A stretch of DNA of 64,000 nucleotides from Deltaproteobacteria bacterium (GTDB lineage Bacteria; Myxococcota; Kuafuiibacteriia; Kuafuiibacteriales; Kuafuiibacteriaceae), in assembly GCA_040218735.1 (NCBI GenBank), contig JAVJQW010000023.1, forward strand, positions 192,001-256,000. Direction: 5' to 3'. The notes beneath the pieces were generated by a model. That model was not told the DNA's origin. It was given only the letters and a program-made list of their open reading frames with translations, and did not search any database. Numbering within the stretch: position 1 is the first letter of the stretch; every line of letters starts with the position of its first letter. Below are positions 36,574-45,849 of the stretch, one piece after another. A program made the translations under genes and the position numbers.

Positions 36574-39285
36574 GTGGGGGAGCTGCACGCCATCGCCCGG
36601 CCCGCCGGGTTGCCGAAGAAGATCGGCCGCTACCGGGTGCTCTGTGAGCTCGGCACGGGCTCGATGGCGTCGCTCTACCTCGGACGCGCCGGGGGCCTCG
36701 GCGGATTCGAACGACTGTTCGCGCTGAAGGTCGTGCACCCGCACCTGTGCCGCAAGCCAGCTTTCATCGACATGTTCCTCAACGAGGCGCGCATCGCCGC
36801 CTCCGTCCACCACCCGAACGTCGTGCCGGTCTACGAGATCGACGTCGACGACGGGCAGTACTTCCTCGCGATGGACTACGTGAGCGGCGAGACACTCGCG
36901 CTCCTGTTGCGCTCGACGTGGCACGCGCAGCGCGACCTCCCGATGCGCTTCGCCGCGCACATCGTCGCGTCCGCCGCCGAGGGCCTGCACGCCGCGCACG
37001 AGCTGACCGACGCGGAGGGTGCTTCGCGTAACGTCGTGCACCGCGACGTCGCGCCGCAGAACATCATGATCGGTTACGACGGGATCGTCCGCGTGACCGA
37101 CTTCGGAATCGCGAAGGCGATGGACAGCGTCTCACAGACGAAACCCGGCGTGCTGAAGGGCACCGTCGCGTACATGTCGCCGGAGCAGGTTCGCGGACAG
37201 GAGCTCGACCGTCGTGTCGATGTGTTCGCGCTCGGCGTGCTGCTGTGGGAGGCGACGCTCGGGCTGCGGTTGTTCAAGGACAAGACGGAGCTGCGCACGG
37301 CGGGCCGCATCCTCCGCATGGCGCCGCCGCCGCCGACGTCGATGCACGACGACTACCCGGAGGCGCTCGAGCACATCGTCATGAAGGCGCTCGCGAAGGA
37401 TCGCGACGAACGCTACCCGACGGCGCGCGCCCTCAGCGAGGACCTGTTCACGTACCTCGCCACCGAGGAGCGTGTGACGGCCTCCGAGATGGAGAAGTTC
37501 CTCGGTGAGGTCTTCTCGAAGCGCCTCGAGCAGCGCCGCGCGCTCGAACGCGACGCCGCCGAATCCGAGCCGCCCGAGAACCTCGGCGACCACCTCTCCG
37601 ACGCGTCGCAGACGCTCGGCCTCGAACACTTCACGGCGCAGCAGGCGTTCGACGAGTTCGATCCCGACGAGCTGGAAGCCGAAGGCCTCAACGAGCTGGG
37701 CGCGGCGCTGCGTGAGAAGGCGGCGATCAGCGAGGAGCCCGAGAAGGCGTCGACGCTGCCGCGCAACATCGTGGAGAAGAACCACGCGACGACCTCGAAG
37801 ATGCCGCTCCCGGCCTTCGACTCCGGGCCGAAGAAGGTGCTCACACCGAAGAGCATCCTCCCGTCCGGGCGCGTGAACGTGGAGGTCGCGCCGAAGGCCG
37901 AGGCCAAGAAGTCGATCCTGCCACGGAAGAAGAAGGACGACGATCCGTCCGAGGAGGCGCTCGGGAGCGCGATCGAGAAGGCGTTGGAGGTCGCGCCGAT
38001 CGACGTCGCCGCCGACGCGCCGACGCTCGACGAGGAGCCCGTCGATGGCGCCGCGGAGCTCGACGCCAAAGCGTTCGTCGCGGTCGCCGAGGAGCTCCCG
38101 CTGGCGTCCGAGTCCGACGTCGTGCAGGCGGTCGTTCCGGCGGAGGGTGCCTTCGACGAGGACGCACCGGAAGCGATCCGCCTGAAGAGCGAGATCGACG
38201 CGCCCGCTGCCGAAGGTGACGACGTCGAGAACGCGCCGAGCGACGACCCCGCCGAAGCCGAGACGGAGACCGTCGCCGAGGCGGACCCGGAGGCGACGCC
38301 CGAAGAGGAAGCCGAGTCGACGGACGAGGAAACGACGAAGGAGGGCGCGGCGGAGGACACGCTGCCCTTCGCCGAGGCCACGCCCGCCGAGCTGGTGTTC
38401 CCGCCCGCGGCGGAGAAGTCCGGACCGGTACCGAAGTTCTCGCAGCGTGACGTGCAGACGGCGCTGATCCGCGACACCGGCCCCATTCCGCTGGCCCCCG
38501 TCGGCGTGTTCGACGAGCCGCCGGAGGACACGAAGCGGACCTCGACGCCGCTGCCCCCCGCGGAAGAGGACGACCCCGATCCTCCGCTGGTCAAGGCCGT
38601 CGAGCTCGACGCCGAGCCCGAGCTGGCCGAGCCCGACGATGCGTTCCAGTCGATCGCGGAGGAGGAGCGAAACGCCCGGCGCACGCGCGTCGTCGCGCTG
38701 GCGGTCGGCGCGGTGCTCTTGCTCGTGACGGTGTTTGCGTTGTGGCCCTCGGGGTCGGAGCCGGAGCCGGTGGTCGCTGCGTCCGAAGCCGCGCCGGCCG
38801 ACGTGGAGCCCGAAGCGACGGCCAACCACGCCGAAGTCGAAGCGACGGCCGACAACGCCGAAGTCGAGGCGGCCGCCGAGCCGGAGGAGGACGACATCGC
38901 TCCCACGCCGGAGCCCGAGCTCGTCGCGCCACGACCGCTCGCGGCGTCGGCACCGCCCGCGCCTGCGGTCGTGTCGATTCGGGTCGAAGCGACGCCGCCG
39001 GGCGCCGAGGTCCTCTTCGACGGGCGGCCGTACACCGGCCCAGTCGAGCTGGACCGCTCTGAAGGTGAGCACGTGGTGCGCGTACAGGCGCCCGGTCACC
39101 GACCGCAGATGGTGATCGTGAACGCCGAAGAGGACCGCGTCGTACGTGTCGCGCTGGAGTCCGACGCACCCGAGCCGGTCGTGGAACGAAAGAAGAAGCG
39201 CCGACGTCGGCGCCGCACGACCACGACCAAAAAGAAGACGCGCAAGAAGACCGGGGCCATCCTCTTCGACGGAGACGACCTGTGA
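36574..39285 (+). CDS. Membrane Ser/Thr protein kinase with acidic linker and PEGA domain
   Basis: HRDVAPQN, DFGIA, YMSPE; TM segment; C-terminal PEGA (ATPPGAEVLFDG). Confidence 0.92.
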   Translation: MGELHAIARPAGLPKKIGRYRVLCELGTGSMASLYLGRAGGLGGFERLFALKVVHPHLCRKPAFIDMFLNEARIAASVHHPNVVPVYEIDVDDGQYFLAMDYVSGETLALLLRSTWHAQRDLPMRFAAHIVASAAEGLHAAHELTDAEGASRNVVHRDVAPQNIMIGYDGIVRVTDFGIAKAMDSVSQTKPGVLKGTVAYMSPEQVRGQELDRRVDVFALGVLLWEATLGLRLFKDKTELRTAGRILRMAPPPPTSMHDDYPEALEHIVMKALAKDRDERYPTARALSEDLFTYLATEERVTASEMEKFLGEVFSKRLEQRRALERDAAESEPPENLGDHLSDASQTLGLEHFTAQQAFDEFDPDELEAEGLNELGAALREKAAISEEPEKASTLPRNIVEKNHATTSKMPLPAFDSGPKKVLTPKSILPSGRVNVEVAPKAEAKKSILPRKKKDDDPSEEALGSAIEKALEVAPIDVAADAPTLDEEPVDGAAELDAKAFVAVAEELPLASESDVVQAVVPAEGAFDEDAPEAIRLKSEIDAPAAEGDDVENAPSDDPAEAETETVAEADPEATPEEEAESTDEETTKEGAAEDTLPFAEATPAELVFPPAAEKSGPVPKFSQRDVQTALIRDTGPIPLAPVGVFDEPPEDTKRTSTPLPPAEEDDPDPPLVKAVELDAEPELAEPDDAFQSIAEEERNARRTRVVALAVGAVLLLVTVFALWPSGSEPEPVVAASEAAPADVEPEATANHAEVEATADNAEVEAAAEPEEDDIAPTPEPELVAPRPLAASAPPAPAVVSIRVEATPPGAEVLFDGRPYTGPVELDRSEGEHVVRVQAPGHRPQMVIVNAEEDRVVRVALESDAPEPVVERKKKRRRRRRTTTTKKKTRKKTGAILFDGDDL
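38812..38865 (+). repeat. 27-bp tandem duplication within the kinase gene
   Basis: GAAGCGACGGCC(A/G)AC(C/A)ACGCCGAAGTC twice (EATANHAEV / EATADNAEV). Confidence 0.7.
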
Positions 39286-40079
39286 AGCACCTACTGTTCG
39301 CGCTCGTCGCGGCGGCGCTGTCCGCGGCTGCGCCCGCGTACGCCGAGGGCGACGAAGCGGCCGACCGCGAGCGCGCCCGCAAGCTGCTCGACGAAGGCAA
39401 CAAACGCCTCGAGAGCGGCGACGCGGACGGCGCGATCGAGAAGTTCCAAGAGGCGCTGCGCGCGTACCGTAGCCCGAAGATCCACGTGAACCTCGCGGAG
39501 GCGCACCGCATCGCGGGCCGCCCCGCACAGGCGGTGCGACACTACGAGGTCTTCATGGCGCGCGGAACGTCGAAGCCCGGCGTCCTCCGCAAGATCGAAA
39601 AGCGCGCGCGCGAGCTCGAGTCTTCGATCGGACGCATCGAGCTCGCCGGCGAGCTCGACGGCGCGACCGTGAACGTCGGCGGCTGGCGTGCGCCGTGGCG
39701 CGCGGGTTGGCGCATCCCGGTCGACCCGGGCCGCCACCTCGTCGTGGTCTCGAAGGAAGGCCGCGCCGACTTCGAAACCCACGCGGAGGTCGCGGCGGGG
39801 CAGCTGAAGAAGCTCGACGTCGCGTTGTTGGCGAAGGAAGAGACGCCGCCGATCGACCTCGCGGCGCGGCCAACACCGCCGCCTTCGTCCGCAACCACCG
39901 CGACCATGAGCCCGGGCGACGACAAACCGCTCACCAAACAGTGGTGGTTCTGGGCCGGGGTCGGCGGCGCGATCGTCGCGGTCGTCGCGATCGGCCTCGT
40001 CGCCGGGAACACCGGCGGCGACGACCGACTCCCGATGGGTGACCTGAGCTCCAACACGTCCGACTGGGGGCGCCTGTGA
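39282..40079 (+). CDS. Secreted TPR/PEGA-domain protein
   Basis: Signal peptide, TPR helices, PEGA-like region, KQWWFWAGVG C-terminal membrane segment. Confidence 0.8.
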   Translation: MKHLLFALVAAALSAAAPAYAEGDEAADRERARKLLDEGNKRLESGDADGAIEKFQEALRAYRSPKIHVNLAEAHRIAGRPAQAVRHYEVFMARGTSKPGVLRKIEKRARELESSIGRIELAGELDGATVNVGGWRAPWRAGWRIPVDPGRHLVVVSKEGRADFETHAEVAAGQLKKLDVALLAKEETPPIDLAARPTPPPSSATTATMSPGDDKPLTKQWWFWAGVGGAIVAVVAIGLVAGNTGGDDRLPMGDLSSNTSDWGRL

Positions 40080-41413
40080 GACGCTGCATTCCGTTCATCA
40101 CGCTCGCGCTCGCCGGGTGCGCGGGGGACCTGTGTGAGTCCGAACCGACGGCCGTCGAAATGCAGGTCCGCACGAACGACGATCGCGTGCAGTCTCTCGT
40201 CGTGACGCTCGGCTACGGCGGCGCGCGGTACAGGCAGACGTTCGACGTCGCCCAGTTCATCGACGACGGCACCGTCACCCTCGCCATCAACCTCTCCGGC
40301 GCACCGTCGGAGGCCTTCGAGCTGACGGCGGACGTCACGGGCCACACGGCTTCCGGCGGCGGCGGCACGCAGGTCGTCGAGGCCAGCGAGACGATGACCG
40401 CGAGCGCCGACGCCTGCAACATCATCATCGTCGCGCTCGGCGACGGCAGCGTTCGCGACGGCGGCGGCGTCGAAGAGGACGCCGGGGTCGTCGATGGCGG
40501 GGACCGCGACGGCGGGTTCCGCGATGCGGGACCGGCGCGCGACGGCGGACCGCGTGACGCAGGACCGGACGGCGGACCGCGCGACGGTGGGCCCGAGCCC
40601 GACGCGGGCGACCGCGACGGCGGGGATCGCGATGGCGGCTTCGACCGCGACGGCGGAGAGCGCGACGGCGGGTTCGAACGCGACGGCGGTGAACGCGACG
40701 GCGGCGTGCCGCAGCCGCTCTGCCCGATGGTCGCCGACGCCGACACCGTGGCGCTGTACACCTTCGACGGTGACGCGGACGACGTCACCGGCAACCACGA
40801 CGGCAACGCCGTGAGCATGAGCTACGCGGGGAGCATCGTCGGGTGCGGCCAGGCGCTCGACTTCGGCAACAGCGGCGGCGTCAACAGCTACGTCGTCATC
40901 GACGACGACCCCGCTTTCGACCTGAGCGAAGGCTCGATCGAAGCGTTGATCCGTCTGAACAGCGTCACGTCAAACCGTCCGCGGTTCTTCTTCTCGCGGA
41001 GCTCCGAGGGCAACGACGCCGGAGAGATCCGCATCGGCGTGGCCTGCGACGGAACCGTCGTCCTCGAGCGTGAGACCGGCTTCTCGACCGTGCGCCGCTG
41101 CTCGGCGAACCCGGTCCCGGCGAACCAGTTCGTGCACATCGGCGTGAACTTCGGGCCGGGCGGCCTCGAGCTGTACGTCGACGGTGACTCTTCGCTTCAG
41201 TTCGGGTTCGTCGGGTACCGCGGGTCCAACTGCAACGACAACGTCAACTGCGGCGGCATCACCAACGGCGGGATGGCCGGCAACAACGACCCCCTCGTCA
41301 TCGGCGCGACCAGCGAGGACTCCTCGGCCGGCACCACGGACGACCTCGACGACCCGTTCCGCGGCGGACGCCTCGACGCGCTGCGCATCAGCTCCGCCCG
41401 CCGGAATTTCTGA
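40076..41413 (+). CDS. Lipoprotein with RDGG-repeat linker and LamG/concanavalin-like domain
   Basis: Lipobox LAGC; repeated RDGG/DAG; ALYTFDG...LYVDG...LDALRIS. Confidence 0.8.
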   Translation: MRRCIPFITLALAGCAGDLCESEPTAVEMQVRTNDDRVQSLVVTLGYGGARYRQTFDVAQFIDDGTVTLAINLSGAPSEAFELTADVTGHTASGGGGTQVVEASETMTASADACNIIIVALGDGSVRDGGGVEEDAGVVDGGDRDGGFRDAGPARDGGPRDAGPDGGPRDGGPEPDAGDRDGGDRDGGFDRDGGERDGGFERDGGERDGGVPQPLCPMVADADTVALYTFDGDADDVTGNHDGNAVSMSYAGSIVGCGQALDFGNSGGVNSYVVIDDDPAFDLSEGSIEALIRLNSVTSNRPRFFFSRSSEGNDAGEIRIGVACDGTVVLERETGFSTVRRCSANPVPANQFVHIGVNFGPGGLELYVDGDSSLQFGFVGYRGSNCNDNVNCGGITNGGMAGNNDPLVIGATSEDSSAGTTDDLDDPFRGGRLDALRISSARRNF

Positions 41414-41467
41414 CGACGCGCTCGCGCGACTCGTGTTATGAATACGGCCCTCAGGAGGTCCGATTCC

Positions 41468-41620
41468 ATGAACGACCAGAAGAACACCGTCGAAAACGAC
41501 GCCACGCCGCAGCCGCTCGACGAGCGCCTCGCGGACGTCCTCGCGACCATCGACCAGGACGCCAACACGGACGCCGAGCGCTACCTGCGCCAGACCGAGG
41601 TCCCCGCCGGCGGCGAGTGA
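41468..41620 (+). CDS. pup: Pup-like (prokaryotic ubiquitin-like) modifier, 50 aa, C-terminal GGE
   Basis: RBS AGGAGG at 41453-41458; LADVLATIDQDANTDAERYLRQTEVPAGGE follows the Pup pattern DDLLDEIDDVLEENAEDFVRAYVQKGG(Q/E); the stop overlaps the start of the PafA-like gene. Confidence 0.8.
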   Translation: MNDQKNTVENDATPQPLDERLADVLATIDQDANTDAERYLRQTEVPAGGE

Positions 41621-43368
41621 GCCGCGACGACCCCCTCCCGCCGAAGCGCCTCGCGGGGCTCGAAACCGAGTACGCGATTCGCTTCACCCCGGCGCACGAA
41701 GGCGCCGAGCTCCCCAGCAACGCGCTCATCTACACCGTGCTCATGCGCGCGGTGAACGTGCGCGTGAAGATGGTCGGCAAGAAACCCCTGAAGGAGGTCG
41801 TCGAAGGGACGTCCGACGGGCGGGTCTTCGTCGAAAACGGCGGTGCCTTCAACTACGAGGTGCTCTCCAAGGCCCCGGGCGGCGGGTTGTTGGAGGGCGC
41901 CACCCCCGAGTGCCGCACCGCCGGGCAGCTCGTCCTGTACCAGGCCGCGCAAGACCGCTTGCTCGAAGAGGCGCTGCCGCGCGCCGAACAGATGCTCGCG
42001 TTCCGGGGCTACGAGGGCAGCATCGGGCTGCTCAAGAACTGCCGCGACGGTTTCGACCACCTCTACGGAGCGCAAGAGAACTACGAGGTCGACGTCGCGA
42101 CCGGGTGGCGCTTCCTGCTCTTCCGCGTCGCGTTTGTGCTGCTCGTCCCGTGGATCGTCGTCTGGGGCATCGGCGCGTGGCTGCTCCTCGTCGCCTGGCT
42201 GCTCGTCTTCTTCCTGATCGCGATCCCGACGCTGCTCGTCGTCGCTCTGCTCCTGTCCTGGACGGGGCGCCTCGAAACGACGGCGCCGTGGATCGCCGAG
42301 CTGTTCTCCGGCACCGCGCCGTTCGTTCGCGGTCGTGAATCGAAGCGCTGGCACCGCGTGCTGTACCTCGTCGAGGTCGGCGTTACGGAGGCCGCCGTCT
42401 TGCCGCTCGGCTGGCTGGCGCACGCGCTCTTCTTCGCGCCGCTTCGCCGCCGGGCGCTCGCGTTCTTCGCGTCCCGCGCGGTGTTCACGGGGGCCGGCTC
42501 CGTGCGACCCGACGGCACATTCCACCTGTCGGAGAAGGCGCTCGGCGTGTCTCGGATCGTGCGACGCTCGGTGTGGCCCGACGCGCGCGGCATCTTCGAG
42601 GCGAGCGCGCTCCTCAAGTCGCCCGGCAAACTCATCCGCTTCGACCTTCGTGGGTTCACGCGTGCGTTTCGAAAGCGCCAACGCGTGCAAGTGGGGTTGT
42701 CGGACTCGAACCTCGCGCAGACCGCCGAGCTGTTGAAAGTCGGCACCGCGCGCGTCGTGCTCGACCTCCTCGACGCGGGTGCGCTCGACGATGCACCTCG
42801 CCTCGCCGATCCGATTGCGGCGATGCACGCCATCACCTCCGACCCGACGCTGAAGACCGCCGTGCGCCTGAAGAACGGCGACACGATGACCGCGCTCGAG
42901 ATCCAGCGCTTCTACCTGGCGCGCGCGGAGGAACACGCCGCGGCCTCGTCCGTCGCCGACCTCGAGACGAACGAGATCCTGCGCCTGTGGGGCGAAGCGC
43001 TCGACGCGCTCGAGACACACCCGGGCACCCTCGTCGGCCGCGTCGACTGGGTCACGAAGCGGTTCCTGTTGGAGCGTCACGAAGACGCGACGGTCCGCAA
43101 GAAGGTCGACCTCAAGTACCACGAGCTGGTCGACGGCTACTTCCGCCGGCTGGAAGCCGAAGGCGTCGCGCCGCGCGTGACCGCACCGGACGACGTCGAG
43201 CGCGCGATGCGGAACCCGCCCGACGATACGCCGGCCTTCGTGCGCTCGCGGTGGATTCGGCGGCTCAGCGACGCGACAGCTCCGGTGGAGGTCGACTGGG
43301 ATTCGATTCGCATCGGCGGACGTGTGCGCGGTCGCGTCGTCCGCCTCGTCGATCCGCCGGAGGAGTGA
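41617..43368 (+). CDS. PafA/Dop-family (Pup ligase-like) enzyme with transmembrane insertion
   Basis: RLAGLETEY, ENGG, EGATPEC, KN...YGAQENY, LSEKA, DSNL...LLKVGT, ALEIQ, DWVTK, DLKYH, PPDDT and VDW motifs; long hydrophobic insert at about 42106-42444. Confidence 0.9.
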   Translation: MSRDDPLPPKRLAGLETEYAIRFTPAHEGAELPSNALIYTVLMRAVNVRVKMVGKKPLKEVVEGTSDGRVFVENGGAFNYEVLSKAPGGGLLEGATPECRTAGQLVLYQAAQDRLLEEALPRAEQMLAFRGYEGSIGLLKNCRDGFDHLYGAQENYEVDVATGWRFLLFRVAFVLLVPWIVVWGIGAWLLLVAWLLVFFLIAIPTLLVVALLLSWTGRLETTAPWIAELFSGTAPFVRGRESKRWHRVLYLVEVGVTEAAVLPLGWLAHALFFAPLRRRALAFFASRAVFTGAGSVRPDGTFHLSEKALGVSRIVRRSVWPDARGIFEASALLKSPGKLIRFDLRGFTRAFRKRQRVQVGLSDSNLAQTAELLKVGTARVVLDLLDAGALDDAPRLADPIAAMHAITSDPTLKTAVRLKNGDTMTALEIQRFYLARAEEHAAASSVADLETNEILRLWGEALDALETHPGTLVGRVDWVTKRFLLERHEDATVRKKVDLKYHELVDGYFRRLEAEGVAPRVTAPDDVERAMRNPPDDTPAFVRSRWIRRLSDATAPVEVDWDSIRIGGRVRGRVVRLVDPPEE

Positions 43369-43371
43369 GCG

Positions 43372-44166
43372 TCAGCCTTCGACCTGCGCGAGCACGACGA
43401 TACGTTCGCGTTTCGACACGACGACGCCGCCGGGCCGCTCCACGGTCACCGCGAACAACGTCGGCTCGAACACCGGGAGCTTCGCGTCGATGGGGACGAC
43501 GACGTCACCGTCGGCGCTGATGTCGAAGACCCCGCCGTCGACGGGGGTTGCGTCGCTGCGCGTCCCGTCGAAGATCCACAGCTGGTACTGATTCAACTTC
43601 GGGTCGTTCTTCGCGAGGCCCTTGAAGCGCATGTAGCCGGTCTGCGTCTTGGTGTTCCAGACGACGTCGCCCTCCGTCGACGGCGACAAGGCGTCCTTCG
43701 CCTTCGTCCACACCAGCTTCACGGCGTTGGGGTCCTTCATCATCTGCGCCCGAAGCTCGATCGCCGACGGCGCCGGCGGCTTGGGCCAGCCGATGATCAC
43801 CGCGAGCAGGATCAGCGCCGCCGCCGCGACGACCCACCCGATCGCCGCGAGCGGCCGCGCGCGACGCGGCGGGCGCGCGCTCGGTCGACGCCGGCTCTCC
43901 TTCGGACGCTCCGCGCGCACCTGAACGGTCGCGGTGGCGAGCACGTCCGTAGACAGCTCGTCCATGACGCGATCCTTGAGCGCCTCGGGCATCGCCTCTT
44001 CGCGCTCCAGCAGCGCGACGGCCGTCGCGGCGGCCGCGAGCTCGAAGTCGTCGGCAGACCACCCTGCTTCGTGAGCGACGAGGCGCTCGAGCTCGACGCG
44101 CTCGTTCGAGCTCAGCGGGCGCTCCGTCTGCTCGGCGAGCAGCTCCATGAGACGTTCGGTGCTCAT
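43372..44166 (-). CDS. Anti-sigma factor, RskA family
   Basis: Single TM segment; YQLWI and FAVTVERPGG motifs. Confidence 0.9.
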   Translation of the reverse strand: MSTERLMELLAEQTERPLSSNERVELERLVAHEAGWSADDFELAAAATAVALLEREEAMPEALKDRVMDELSTDVLATATVQVRAERPKESRRRPSARPPRRARPLAAIGWVVAAAALILLAVIIGWPKPPAPSAIELRAQMMKDPNAVKLVWTKAKDALSPSTEGDVVWNTKTQTGYMRFKGLAKNDPKLNQYQLWIFDGTRSDATPVDGGVFDISADGDVVVPIDAKLPVFEPTLFAVTVERPGGVVVSKRERIVVLAQVEG

Positions 44167-44732
44167 GTCCGCGTCTCCACCATGAGGAGGTCTTGGTCGC
44201 TGAGCAACGTGGCGCGGACGGCTTCGAGGCCGCGCTTCACGTGGGACTTCACGGTGCCGAGCGGGAGGTTTACGGCGTCGGCGATCTGTTGGTGCGAGAG
44301 GCCCTCCAGCATCGCGAGCCTCAGGACGCGCTGCCGGACCTCCGGTAGCTTCTCGATTGCACGCGCGGCGGCTTGCGCTTCGAGCGAGCGGTCCATCCGT
44401 TTGTGGTCGGAGGTGGCGCGGTCGGGGACGCGGTCGTCCGTCGCGAGGTCCTCCTTGCGACGCTCCGCGGCGCGGCGCCGGTCGATCAGGCGGCGACGCG
44501 CGATCATCGCGATGAACGTCGCTTCACTGGAGCGCGCGGGGTCATAGCGCTTCGCGGAGCCCATCAGATTCACGAAGATCTCCTGCACGGCGTCCTCGGC
44601 GTCGGCGCGCGAGGGCGACATCCGGAGCGCGAGCGACCACACCAGGCCGCCGTACAGATCCATGCAGATCCGTACGGCCGCGCGGTCTCCGTCCGCGATC
44701 CTGACGAGCAGTGGTGTCTCCACGGCGTGCAA
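44163..44732 (-). CDS. ECF RNA polymerase sigma factor (SigK-like)
   Basis: DAEDAVQEIF and LSHQQIA...PLGTVKSHVKRG; coupled to the anti-sigma gene. Confidence 0.93.
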   Translation of the reverse strand: MHAVETPLLVRIADGDRAAVRICMDLYGGLVWSLALRMSPSRADAEDAVQEIFVNLMGSAKRYDPARSSEATFIAMIARRRLIDRRRAAERRKEDLATDDRVPDRATSDHKRMDRSLEAQAAARAIEKLPEVRQRVLRLAMLEGLSHQQIADAVNLPLGTVKSHVKRGLEAVRATLLSDQDLLMVETRT

Positions 44733-44757
44733 CTCGGGCGCTTACCCCTTTGTGGTG

Positions 44758-44784
44758 TTCGACGCAAAGGCGGCTCCGGATGCA
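44758..44784 (-). promoter_or_regulatory. Putative ECF autoregulatory promoter TGCATCC-N16-CGAA
   Basis: Directly upstream of the sigma gene; identical boxes and spacing at 47421-47447. Confidence 0.65.
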
Positions 44785-44792
44785 GTACGTGT

Positions 44793-44842
44793 GAGATTTT
44801 TCTGCGGACCACATTTTTCTCCGGCGGGCCGCGAAAAATCTC
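44793..44842. promoter_or_regulatory. Inverted repeat GAGATTTTTC...GAAAAATCTC (likely activator site)
   Basis: 10-bp perfect inverted repeat with an internal ATTTTTCT copy, about 50 bp upstream of a sigma54 promoter. Confidence 0.5.
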
Positions 44843-44890
44843 GGTCACCGGGTCGTAACGCGGCACGCCAACGGCCCAGCGCTGAGGCCC

Positions 44891-44906
44891 CGGCACGCCG
44901 GTTGCG
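44891..44906 (+). promoter_or_regulatory. sigma54 promoter of the USP gene
   Basis: CGGCACGCCGGTTGCG, ending 13 bp before the ATG at 44919. Confidence 0.6.
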
Positions 44907-44918
44907 GTACCCTGGGGC

Positions 44919-45764
44919 ATGGAAACCGTCAGGACGATCGTCGTCGGCATCGACTTCTCGGAGCTGTCTCGCGTCGCGTTCGAGGCGGGCGTCGCGCTCG
45001 TGGAGAGGCTGGGCGCCGAGCGCCTGCACCTCGTCCACGTGCTCAACGAACACACCTCGGTCGCCTACGCCTTCCCGGACGCGGAGGCGGTCGAGACCAA
45101 TCAGGTCAAACGGCTGGAGGAGAAGCTCGCGGAGCTCCACGCCCCCGGCGTCGAGGTCACACGCGAGGTCCTCCGCGGCATCCCGGCGCGCGACATCGCC
45201 CGCGCGGCGAAGGCCGCCGGCGGCGACCTGATCATCGTCGCGAGCCAGGGCTACGGCGCGATTCGTCGGGCGTTGCTCGGTAGCGTCGCCGCCTCGCTCG
45301 TCCGTACGAGCGAGGTCCCGGTCCTGATCGTCGGCGCCGCGCGCAAACACGTGGCGTTCGAGGACGTGATGGCCGCGGTCGACCTTTCGCCGATCGGCGA
45401 TAGGATCGTCGCCGCCGCCAAGCGCTTCGCCGCAGACGGTCGCGTCCACATCGTCAGCGCGGTTGAGCCGCCGCCGTTTGTCTCCGAGGCGCTCCCCGGA
45501 CACTTCGGCGCCGTCGAGCAGGCCCGGTTGCGCACGGCGCAGCTGGAGCGGCTGCAGTCGCACGGCGACGTGGAGATCATCGACGGCCCGAGCCCGGCCG
45601 AAGCGATCCTCACCGCCGCCACCCAGGCGGGCGTCGACCTGCTGGTGATCGGCACGAGCGGCCACAGCGCGTGGCACCGTATGTTCGTCGGCTCGACCGC
45701 CACGCACGTCTTGGCCGACGCCACGTGCCCGGTGTTGGTGATCCCGTACGCCGGCGAAGCGTAG
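44919..45764 (+). CDS. Tandem-domain universal stress protein
   Basis: Two Usp domains (IVVGIDFS...LLGSVA...PVLIV; AAVDLS...FVGSTA...CPVLVI). Confidence 0.93.
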   Translation: METVRTIVVGIDFSELSRVAFEAGVALVERLGAERLHLVHVLNEHTSVAYAFPDAEAVETNQVKRLEEKLAELHAPGVEVTREVLRGIPARDIARAAKAAGGDLIIVASQGYGAIRRALLGSVAASLVRTSEVPVLIVGAARKHVAFEDVMAAVDLSPIGDRIVAAAKRFAADGRVHIVSAVEPPPFVSEALPGHFGAVEQARLRTAQLERLQSHGDVEIIDGPSPAEAILTAATQAGVDLLVIGTSGHSAWHRMFVGSTATHVLADATCPVLVIPYAGEA

Positions 45765-45849
45765 GCCCCCGGAGTCCGACCGAGCGCCCATCGCCCGACG
45801 CATCCCGGCTCGAATCCGCTATGGTCGTCAAACACGTGGGGACGCCGGG

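Noticed and set aside
37132-39528. Long antisense ORFs (also 2263-3603, 9305-10702, 18588-20360, 47493-49343, 57383-59875)
   Set aside because: Shadow frames of real genes in high-GC DNA; Arg/Gly-rich translations without motifs.
40455-40705. RDGG/DAG repeat tract as a novel repeat element
   Set aside because: In-frame low-complexity linker of the kind common in myxobacterial lipoproteins.
36574-41413. Kinase-TPR/PEGA-LamG operon as part of the Pup-like system
   Set aside because: It is co-oriented and only about 55 bp upstream, but this operon type is common in such genomes; adjacency alone does not support a functional link without synteny data.
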